Below the pieces are notes generated by a model. It made no database searches. It saw nothing but the letters and a program-made list of their open reading frames with translations, and was not told the DNA's origin. Shown one piece after another: positions 56,797 through 64,000 of a stretch of DNA of 64,000 nucleotides. The position numbers and the translations under genes were made by a program. Positions within the stretch are counted from its first letter, which is position 1, and the number at the start of each line of letters is the position of its first letter. Source of the DNA: a virus; IMG/VR virus record IMGVR_UViG_3300001200_000009; one strand, written 5' to 3'.

Positions 56797-57525
56797 ATGT
56801 ATATTATATACCGAACCACCAATAATGTAAACGATAAAATTTATATAGGAGTTCATTTCAGAGTCGAGAATGATGATAAGTATTTAGGCTCTGGAACTCT
56901 CCTTAACAAAGCTATCAAAAAATATGGCCGTAAAAATTTCTCAAGAAAAACATTGTTCGAATTTGAAACTGAAGAAGAAGCTTATCTAAAAGAAAAAGAA
57001 ATTGTTAACTCAGAGTTTGTAAAAAGACCTGACACTTATAATCTATGCGAAGGTGGCAAATATAATGGAGTTCCTAGTAAGGAAACTAGAGCTAAAATGT
57101 CTGAATATGCCAGAAACAGACCCAAATCACACAATCTTTCCATATCAGAAACTAAAAAATTATCAGGTTCTGCGCGGGGCAAAAACAACGGAATGTACGG
57201 TAAATCGCATTCTGAAGAAGCTAAGGCGGCGATGTCCAGAGCTCGCAAGGGGAGAAAGCTCACTAAAAAATGGAAAGAAAATATTAGTAGAGCGTCTACT
57301 GGGCGATATCACTCTGAAGAGACTAAACGACTAATGAAAGAAAATGCGACAAAGCCATGGCTAGGAAAAAACCTTTCTGTGTCTCATAAAGCCGCGATTT
57401 CAAAAGCTCAAACAGGAAAAACACTTATTCGGAAAGAACGAACTTGTCCTCATTGTGGAAAAGTCGGTAAGGGAGGTAACATGGCCAGGTATCATTTTAA
57501 GAACTGTCATTTGCTGCGAGAATAG
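56797..57525 (+). mobile_element. GIY-YIG homing endonuclease HEG5 (NUMOD3 repeats plus zinc finger)
   Basis: YIIYRTTNNVNDKIYIGVH, NNGMYGKSHSEE and CPHCGK..MARYHF motifs; own promoter TATAAATA at 56743-56750. Confidence 0.9.
56803..56832 (-). promoter_or_regulatory. Consensus early promoter embedded antisense in HEG5 codons 3-12, pointing at rnh
   Basis: GTTTACA-ttattggtggttcggta(17)-TATAAT. Confidence 0.75.
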
Positions 57526-57727
57526 CTGGGTGATTAGTGTTTACCATACCAGATTCAATCCATTGCTCTAGTGGAATGAGAGGTTCTAGTCCTGGTTGTG
57601 CTTCGTATTCCTCGATGACTTCATCAGGAATTACAGCAGCTACTCGTGAAAATCCAGGCTTCTCAAGTTCGATGATTGTATTTTCAGCTTTGTGCCGTCT
57701 CATAATGTAAGTCATACAATCTCGCAT
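57497..57727 (-). CDS. Hypothetical protein
   Basis: Preceded by an early promoter at 57748-57777. Confidence 0.6.
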   Translation of the reverse strand: MRDCMTYIMRRHKAENTIIELEKPGFSRVAAVIPDEVIEEYEAQPGLEPLIPLEQWIESGMVNTNHPAILAANDSS

Positions 57728-57731
57728 AAAA

Positions 57732-57777
57732 AATCCGATTATGAGATATTATATCATAATCGGATTGCGTTGTAAAC
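57732..57777 (-). promoter_or_regulatory. Early promoter whose -10 sits in the loop of a 13-bp terminator-like inverted repeat
   Basis: AATCCGATTATGA-TATAATATC-TCATAATCGGATT-TTTT; GTTTACA lies 17 nt upstream of TATAAT. Confidence 0.8.
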
Positions 57778-57791
57778 TGTTTATTTTGCTA

Positions 57792-58238
57792 TTACGAGAG
57801 GCCAGACATGAAATCGCCGTGCGCCGAGGATACTGATTTCATAGACTTTTTATGGTCTATTTTCTGCCTCTTAGCCCGTTGCGCGTCTACATATCTTTGA
57901 TCCTCTATTTTGACCTTGTCCAGTCGAGCAAAAATTTCAGTTTTAGGAGATACGATAAAGTTTTTCTTTGCTAATCCCTTAAAGCGCCGCTTTAAGTCTT
58001 GTAAGTCTCTGATGGCTGAACCTTTCCTATAGCCAGGAGAAGCCGCTAATGTCTCGTCGCTTAGCGGCTTCCAAGTCAAAAGACCCATGTAAATCTTCGG
58101 GTTGGTTGCTGTCCGCCATCTTCCATTTGACGTAGTTGCCTCATCTGTAAGGTCATATCTTACGATGGCATATTCTTTTGAAGATTCGACTATTTGTTTA
58201 TAAGCTTCGGCAATTGTTCTATGTGTATTACTTGGCAT
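57792..58238 (-). CDS. Putative internal head protein, start MPSNTHR
   Basis: N-terminal HRTIAEAYKQIVE motif shared with neighbouring genes. Confidence 0.6.
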   Translation of the reverse strand: MPSNTHRTIAEAYKQIVESSKEYAIVRYDLTDEATTSNGRWRTATNPKIYMGLLTWKPLSDETLAASPGYRKGSAIRDLQDLKRRFKGLAKKNFIVSPKTEIFARLDKVKIEDQRYVDAQRAKRQKIDHKKSMKSVSSAHGDFMSGLS

Positions 58239-58806
58239 TGAGATAATCCTTAAATCCATAACTTACTTCGTATAATACAACAGTATGGGCGTTTTGTAAA
58301 CTCTCTTTTAAACTTTCTTTTACATCTCCGTCGTCACCTAGTTCTGGGATATCGTCAATCTCAGGGTTAGCGTCTTGAGCTGCAATGGCTGCGTTAGTCT
58401 CATCGTCTCTGTCGTCCGGATGAGTATCATTTGGCTGTAGGTCTAATTGAGCGGTACCAGGCTTTTGGTCTTTGGTGTATTTTCTACGACGAAGAACACG
58501 AGTAAGGAACGATAGTTTCTTAGGCTCAGCTCTTAGGACTCTATTAACTCTAAATGAGCGCCAATCCTTTTTAACGAGGTCGAATACGGCAAGGTTACCT
58601 GGTGGAATGTTTGAAGGACCACCCTTAGGATGATTCTTTTTTGGAATCATGTCCATGCGTCTTGTGCAATACATGATTCGGTCTTTTTCGGTTGATACCT
58701 TACGGAAGGAAACAACTACAGTCCCCTTAGCCAATAGTCTACGCAATTGGCTCACAGTATATCCTTCGAGAATATACTCGACTGAACCTTCCGTAAGGGT
58801 AATCAT
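58228..58806 (-). CDS. WYL_2/Sm-like (DUF2693-type) domain protein
   Basis: VVSFRK...RIMYCT...VFDLVKKDWRSFR motif. Confidence 0.75.
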   Translation of the reverse strand: MITLTEGSVEYILEGYTVSQLRRLLAKGTVVVSFRKVSTEKDRIMYCTRRMDMIPKKNHPKGGPSNIPPGNLAVFDLVKKDWRSFRVNRVLRAEPKKLSFLTRVLRRRKYTKDQKPGTAQLDLQPNDTHPDDRDDETNAAIAAQDANPEIDDIPELGDDGDVKESLKESLQNAHTVVLYEVSYGFKDYLNAK

Positions 58807-58807
58807 T

Positions 58808-59218
58808 TTATCGGCGCGGCTCAGAATCAGCTACACGAGGTCCGTTAGGTCCTCTTCGTGCATGAATATCGTCATTGGTAAGGTCTAGCCATTCGTTTAG
58901 TTTCGCATCTTTTTTAGCGCCAGAATTGTCATTTCCTTCAGCGTCTTTTTGGAAGCCTTCTTCCATTTCTTCTTTGTCCTTATCGGCTGGTTTATCGTCT
59001 CCGCCATCATCAGCTTTTGGCTCTTTGAATGCTTTTTTAACGGCACGCTCTAGGCTATCGGCTTTCTTGACAAGGTCTTTGGTTTTGTCATTACCTTCTA
59101 GCATGTCGCCAAGTTCGTTAATGCATGAAAGCATTTGACGCATCGAGGCAGCTGCTGTTTCTTCGGTAATCATTGTTGTGTAAGCCTCAGTAAGGCTACG
59201 GTGTGCTTTGTTGTCCAT
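58808..59218 (-). CDS. Putative internal head/scaffold-like protein
   Basis: HRSLTEAYTTMITEE N-terminus; highly charged. Confidence 0.6.
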   Translation of the reverse strand: MDNKAHRSLTEAYTTMITEETAAASMRQMLSCINELGDMLEGNDKTKDLVKKADSLERAVKKAFKEPKADDGGDDKPADKDKEEMEEGFQKDAEGNDNSGAKKDAKLNEWLDLTNDDIHARRGPNGPRVADSEPRR

Positions 59219-59240
59219 TGTGTTTTCCTTAACTTAAGAC

Positions 59241-59879
59241 TTATTGTGTTGAATTTGGAAGATTTTTAAACATTTGTTTAGAGCCTCCACTTAGTTCGTG
59301 GGCTAGACCTAAAAGAGCTGGCCAGACTTCCAAGCCAGCAGCTTCTTTATTACTGGTTTGGTAAATTTCTTTTCCGTTTAAATTAAACCTATAAGAACCA
59401 CCAACACTTTTAACTTCTAATTTTCCAATAGAATATTCTTTTGTGGCGACAATTTTCTCTTCAGTAAAATTTTTACCCGGTTCTTCCATTACTGTTGAAG
59501 GAGTTTGATGATTGTAATCTTTTCCGTTTTTACCTCCAAGCATATAAGCTGCTCCAAGAGCATCATGTAATTTTGGCGGAAGCTCTTCAACTCCCATATA
59601 TTTGCGAGCAATATTTAAAAGCGCCTGCTCGAACGGAATAGGCTTATTAGACTTACGCGGTCTTTGTCGCATTGTATTTCTAGCTGTTTGACGAGCTTCC
59701 ATATCTCTTGGAGCTTCTTTAACTACTGGTGCTGGTCGTCTAGACCGATAAGCTTTACGCCTACCTCTAGCGCTTTCGGTTGACCGGCCGTAGTAGCCTT
59801 CATTTAGAGTTTTATCGGCGTTTCTTTCTTCTTGAAGAGCACGATAAGCATTTACGATGCCAACATGATTTTTACCCAT
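59241..59879 (-). CDS. Putative internal head protein, basic
   Basis: HVGIVNAYRALQEE...LNE N-terminus followed by an Arg-rich region. Confidence 0.6.
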   Translation of the reverse strand: MGKNHVGIVNAYRALQEERNADKTLNEGYYGRSTESARGRRKAYRSRRPAPVVKEAPRDMEARQTARNTMRQRPRKSNKPIPFEQALLNIARKYMGVEELPPKLHDALGAAYMLGGKNGKDYNHQTPSTVMEEPGKNFTEEKIVATKEYSIGKLEVKSVGGSYRFNLNGKEIYQTSNKEAAGLEVWPALLGLAHELSGGSKQMFKNLPNSTQ

Positions 59880-59919
59880 TGATAGTGTACCTTTAGATTT
59901 ATTAAAGTATAAATACTTT

Positions 59920-60546
59920 ATGATTCAATATATTTATAAGACTACTAACTTAATAAACGGCAAAATATATGTCGGAAAACATCAGGCCGAAACGCTAGAT
60001 AATTCCTATTTAGGCTCTGGTGACCTTATCAAAAAGGCTATCAGAAAATACGGAAGAAAATCTTTCAAAAAAGAAATTCTTGAAATTTGTAATTCTTCGA
60101 TTGAAGCCTATGACAGAGAAGCTAAAATAGTTAACGAAGAATTTATCGATAGAACCGATACATACAACTTAAAAATTGGAGGCGAAGGCGGTTCGGGAAT
60201 TACTCCATGGAATAAAGGAAAAACACTACCTCAAGAAATGAAAGATAAAATTTCCAAAACATTAACCGGTAGAGTTCAGCCCAAAGAAGAAATAGATAGA
60301 AGAGCTGCAGCTATGATTGGAAGAACTCATTCAAACGAAACAAAGCTTAAGATGTCTAGAGCTAAGTTAGGAAAAAAATTTACTGAATCACATAAAAATA
60401 AGTTGTCACTGGCCGCAAAAAATAGAAAATCACATGGAAATCAGGGCAAGAAAAATAAAGTCGTCGAATGTCCTCATTGTAAAGTTAAAGGAGGGGCAGG
60501 AGTTATGAAGAGATGGCATTTTGATAATTGCAAAACTCTTCCTTAA
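59920..60546 (+). mobile_element. GIY-YIG homing endonuclease HEG6 (NUMOD3 plus zinc finger)
   Basis: YIYKTTNLINGKIYVGKH, PWNKG and CPHCK..MKRWHFDNCK motifs; TATAAATA at 59908-59915. Confidence 0.9.
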
Positions 60547-60949
60547 GTAGAGAAATATGCCTTGAGTGTATCTTTACCCCGATAAATTCATTATAATAAT
60601 CGTCTTTGAAGAGAACTTCGCGGTCGATTTGTTCCTTAAGTTCGATGTAAGACATCTCACCCTTGGCTTTACAGAGCCTCAAAATATCTCGACGATATCT
60701 TTCAGCTCCGTTGGTCTCGATGTCCTCTTGAAGGGACTTTGACGAGCCGTAATACTTTGGCCAATCAGAAGGAACCCGTGTTTTGATTCTTCTTTTACGT
60801 CTAGAATTCTTTGGGAGTATTTTTGGCTTCCAAAAAAGTTTCTTGCCAACATATTTCTTGTCTGTGACAGTGTCCGTGATTAGATAAACAAATCCGACAA
60901 ATTCTTCCGGTGTTTCAGTGAACACCTTATCCTCATAGTACCATGTCAT
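60503..60949 (-). CDS. Conserved T4-like GIY-YIG nuclease (resident gene, not a member of the HEG family)
   Basis: GFVYLIT...KKYVGKK, SDWPKYYGSS and YYN..I motifs; leaderless late promoter at 60956-60963. Confidence 0.85.
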   Translation of the reverse strand: MTWYYEDKVFTETPEEFVGFVYLITDTVTDKKYVGKKLFWKPKILPKNSRRKRRIKTRVPSDWPKYYGSSKSLQEDIETNGAERYRRDILRLCKAKGEMSYIELKEQIDREVLFKDDYYNEFIGVKIHSRHISLLKEEFCNYQNAISS

Positions 60950-60958
60950 ACGATTTAT

Positions 60959-61435
60959 TTATACGTCCGAATACGTGAAACGGGTAGGTACCGTACGCAG
61001 CTTAAGGTCCATTGCAATAAGCAATCTGTGATTACCTTCATCTAACCAAGCCTCGGTGTCACCAGTCTGCTTGTTTCGCGACATATGAATAGTCACGGCT
61101 TCTTTAATTCCATTAGCTTGTATGTCTTTCTTAAGCCTAGCAACTTCGTCGTCAGACCTATTGCTTCGCTCTGAACGGTCGAATTCGCGGTATGGATAAA
61201 TAGTGGCTGGTTTAGCTTTGATAACAGTTCGTTCAGACAAGGAAATTTGATGATATGAATACATTTCGATGATAGTCTCAAGGTCAAATTTTCGACCCGG
61301 CCATATACTGTTGACTGACTTCATAAACGGTCTGAGATTTTGCACATCCTTAAAATCGTCAACCCGTTGGCCTTTGAATTTAACTCTAGGCCTACGACCT
61401 CCAGTCTTTTCTGTGAAGAATTCTCTAAAGCTCAT
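60959..61435 (-). CDS. ParB/Srx-like domain protein, possible internal head protein
   Basis: LKKDIQANGIKEAV...EGNHRL...VP; N-terminal MSFREFFTE. Confidence 0.75.
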   Translation of the reverse strand: MSFREFFTEKTGGRRPRVKFKGQRVDDFKDVQNLRPFMKSVNSIWPGRKFDLETIIEMYSYHQISLSERTVIKAKPATIYPYREFDRSERSNRSDDEVARLKKDIQANGIKEAVTIHMSRNKQTGDTEAWLDEGNHRLLIAMDLKLRTVPTRFTYSDV

Positions 61436-61484
61436 TTAATGTTACCTAGTCACACATGTTAATAATTACCAGTATAAATACTAT

Positions 61485-62108
61485 ATGCTTATTTATACCG
61501 TCTACAGAACTACAAATTTAGTTAATGGAAATATATACATAGGGGTTCACAAAACTTCTGACCCAAACGACTCATATTTAGGTTCAGGTAAACTTATTTC
61601 TAAGGCTGTTAAAATTTATGGCAGAGAAAATTTCGCAAAAGAAATACTTTTTGAATTTGACAATAAATCAGACGCTTATGCTAAAGAAGCAGAGCTCGTA
61701 ACTCCCGATTTTATAAAAGAAAGAACCAATTATAATATAGCTCCTGGCGGCAAAGGAGGAATATTATGGAATTGTGATAATCATCCGACTAAAGGTAAAA
61801 AACACTCTCCTCAAGCGATAAAAAATATGTCCATTGGTTCTATTGGTCAAACATCTGGATTAGAGAATTATCAGTTTAAGGGATATTACAAACTTCCTAA
61901 TTGCGACATTTTGTTTGAAACTTCTGGTAAAGCTGCTGAATATTGTGGTATGGCTTCAAGCAATATTAGAAGAATTTGCAAAGATAAACTAGACCTAAAG
62001 GTTACACCAGTGTCTTATCGGTCAAACAGATATATAACCTCCTTAGGCAATAAAGAAAATGTCGTCGGTAAAACTCATAGAGAATTAGGATTTGATTTTA
62101 AAATTTAG
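61485..62108 (+). mobile_element. GIY-YIG homing endonuclease HEG7
   Basis: MLIYTVYRTTNLVNGNIYIGVH, YLGSG and FETSGKAAEYCG motifs; TATAAATA at 61473-61480. Confidence 0.9.
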
Positions 62109-63838
62109 TCGCACATCCGACAGTCACCAGTTGAAGGAGCGATTCCTTTTTCGCTGTAGAGATAGTAGAGCGATAGAACATTTTCATTGTTGAACGCTTC
62201 CTGATGGACTTTGGCGATATAAACCGGGTCTTCATCACCAGAGAAGAACAAATTGATTGATTGTCCTTGACAGATGAAGGGTTGCCTACTAGCCGACAGT
62301 CTTACCAATATCTCTTGAGGGATTTCAAAAGCTGTCTTAAAGACTCTTAATTCATGGGCAGTAAAGAAGTCGAGATGCTGGATTGAACCACCGTTTTCTC
62401 GTATAGATTTCCTTACCTCATGAGTATATTTATTGTACCGTTTCAGGTGAGGTATTAACGCAGGGTTAATGCGATTGATATCAGGACCGGCGCCTTCATG
62501 AGTGTAGGCATTTTTATAGAATGGTGAAACACCAGGCGAAACTGAATAGCAGATAAGAGAAGTCGTCATCGTTGGTGCAATTGCGGTTCGATGCGAATTG
62601 CGGTAACCTAAACCTTTACACCACTTCGGTTCACCGGCTATTCCAGCCATCCATTGAGACGCTGCAAGAGACTGTTCATCGATAAGCTTAAAGATGTCTC
62701 GATTAAGCTTGTTCAGACGAGAGTATTCCATGACATCTTGCGGGTCCATCGAAATCATGTTGTTCTGCAGATAGGTATGGAATCCAAATACGCCTAACCC
62801 AAGAGCACGGAAGTCTTCGGTAAATTTGACGGCCTTCTCAAGACCTACTAGCTTCTTGCCTTTACGAATAAAGTCTTCGGCCACACAGTCAAGGAAGACT
62901 GTTGAGATGTGGACCGCGTCGGTGTCTTTCCATTCGTCAAACAGAACTAGGTTCAGTGACGATAAAACACAGGTGAATGTATAATTTTCGTCACATGGCA
63001 ACATAATCTCGGTGCACAGGTTTGAATTCTTGATGCTGATACCTGAAGCCTTAACTGCAGGAGGAGCCTGTCTGTTGGCCTTGTCTGGGAAGAAGTAGTA
63101 ACCTTTGCCTCGAACAAGCTTCAAGTATTGGGCTTCTTGCAGATGTTTGTTGGTCTTCTTGTGTCCCTTACGGAGATTTTCGATATCCTTGTCGTAGACA
63201 TTCCAACCGATATTGTATTTCTTAGGCTTTTTCCATACCATATTCCAGATATCATCAAAGTCTCTTGTCATTAGGTCAGTGTACCATGCACCAGAACCTC
63301 TACGTCCTGGTTGTCGCACTTGTTCTACTGCTCTGGCTTGTTGGTCGATAACCGGCCCTTGTCCATCAGCCTTACCACCACCAGCAAAACTCTTGCCGCG
63401 CGTACGTACGTCGCCAACATAACCACTAGTTCCAAATCCATTCTTTGAAAGTAGAGCTACTTCTCTGGCGTGATTGAAGAACCCATCAACCGAGTCAGGC
63501 ACATACCCACCTGAGCAGGAAACTGAACAGCCCTTATCGGTCCCGGTATTCATCATGACTGGAGTCGATGGTGCAAGCCAACCCTTCCAAAGGATATCGA
63601 AGAAATGCTTCTTCCAAGATTCACCTTTGTATTCACCATAAAGGTCATCGCCAACCGCTCCAAGCGTATCGGAGATACGGGTCAGTTGTTCTTTGTAGGT
63701 GTCACAATCATAGAGGTATTGCTCCATAAAGGTCATGTACCCGATTGTTGTCATCCATTTTGGAATGTCACCATTTTTCTGAGCTTCCCGTCTCTCAGTA
63801 CCCCATTTGTAAAGTTCGCTGTCTTTATTCTTAGTCAT
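62105..63838 (-). CDS. nrdA: Class I ribonucleotide reductase alpha subunit (short, no ATP cone)
   Basis: PSTPV..N, SCS, SNLCTEI, CVLSSLN, AIAPT, ICQGQSINLF, SLYY and C-terminal CRMCD motifs. Confidence 0.93.
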   Translation of the reverse strand: MTKNKDSELYKWGTERREAQKNGDIPKWMTTIGYMTFMEQYLYDCDTYKEQLTRISDTLGAVGDDLYGEYKGESWKKHFFDILWKGWLAPSTPVMMNTGTDKGCSVSCSGGYVPDSVDGFFNHAREVALLSKNGFGTSGYVGDVRTRGKSFAGGGKADGQGPVIDQQARAVEQVRQPGRRGSGAWYTDLMTRDFDDIWNMVWKKPKKYNIGWNVYDKDIENLRKGHKKTNKHLQEAQYLKLVRGKGYYFFPDKANRQAPPAVKASGISIKNSNLCTEIMLPCDENYTFTCVLSSLNLVLFDEWKDTDAVHISTVFLDCVAEDFIRKGKKLVGLEKAVKFTEDFRALGLGVFGFHTYLQNNMISMDPQDVMEYSRLNKLNRDIFKLIDEQSLAASQWMAGIAGEPKWCKGLGYRNSHRTAIAPTMTTSLICYSVSPGVSPFYKNAYTHEGAGPDINRINPALIPHLKRYNKYTHEVRKSIRENGGSIQHLDFFTAHELRVFKTAFEIPQEILVRLSASRQPFICQGQSINLFFSGDEDPVYIAKVHQEAFNNENVLSLYYLYSEKGIAPSTGDCRMCD

Positions 63839-63890
63839 TAGGATTTATTCCTTATAAATATAATATCTATTGGTTCATCAAGGAGATGAA

Positions 63891-64000
63891 ATGTTTATCG
63901 TTTACGAAACTACAAATCTTGTTAACAATAAGATTTATATTGGCGTTTCTGGTACTGGGGACCCTAAATATTTAGGGTCCGGTATTGCCTTAAATAAAGC
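63891..64000 (+). mobile_element. GIY-YIG homing endonuclease HEG8, 5' part only (runs off the window)
   Basis: Manual translation MFIVYETTNLVNNKIYIGVSGTGDPKYLGSGIALNK; AGGAG SD; TATAAATA at 63853-63860. Confidence 0.85.

Noticed and set aside
13695-62108. Group I introns or inteins hosting the endonucleases
   Set aside because: The HEGs lie between intact genes, mostly antisense, with no flanking space for ribozyme cores. gp17 and nrdA are uninterrupted.
63897-63926. Embedded antisense early promoter in HEG8 for nrdA
   Set aside because: The -35 is near consensus (GTTAACA) but the in-register -10 is AACGAT, too degenerate to call. It is counted as an exception in the main finding.

Overview
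This window is part of a large T4-like myovirus genome with a cyanophage/phiM12-type gene layout. The host is probably an alphaproteobacterium, inferred from a permuted two-piece tmRNA with an ANDNF-type tag, a BTLCP protease, a SleB-like hydrolase and many apparently leaderless genes. Almost all genes lie on the minus strand: uvsW/uvsY, head (gp23/22/21/20), tail and packaging (gp19/18/17/16/15/14/13), fibre and baseplate genes (DUF4815-like, gp8/7/6/25/5/27-like/53/48), gp4, a plus-strand gp2-like/gp54/gp29 block, gp26, gp32, gp59, gp33, lysis enzymes, tmRNA, exonucleases, RNase H, putative internal head proteins and nrdA. T4-type late promoters (TATAAATA) and early promoters (GTTTAC-N16/17-TATAAT) are visible throughout. 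The most notable signal is a family of eight related free-standing GIY-YIG homing endonuclease genes (HEGs), seven of them antisense to their neighbours. Five carry an outward-facing promoter in their first codons whose class (late or early) fits the displaced neighbour, and their 3' ends overlap or abut the stop codon of the other neighbour. Other highlights are a split gp5 whose N-half is fused to lysozyme, amidase, tail-fibre and S74 domains, a split LapG-like protease, a frameshifted fibre gene, a probable ATT start for gp15, and dyad symmetry centred on promoter -10 elements. All calls come from reading the sequence by eye; no searches were run.
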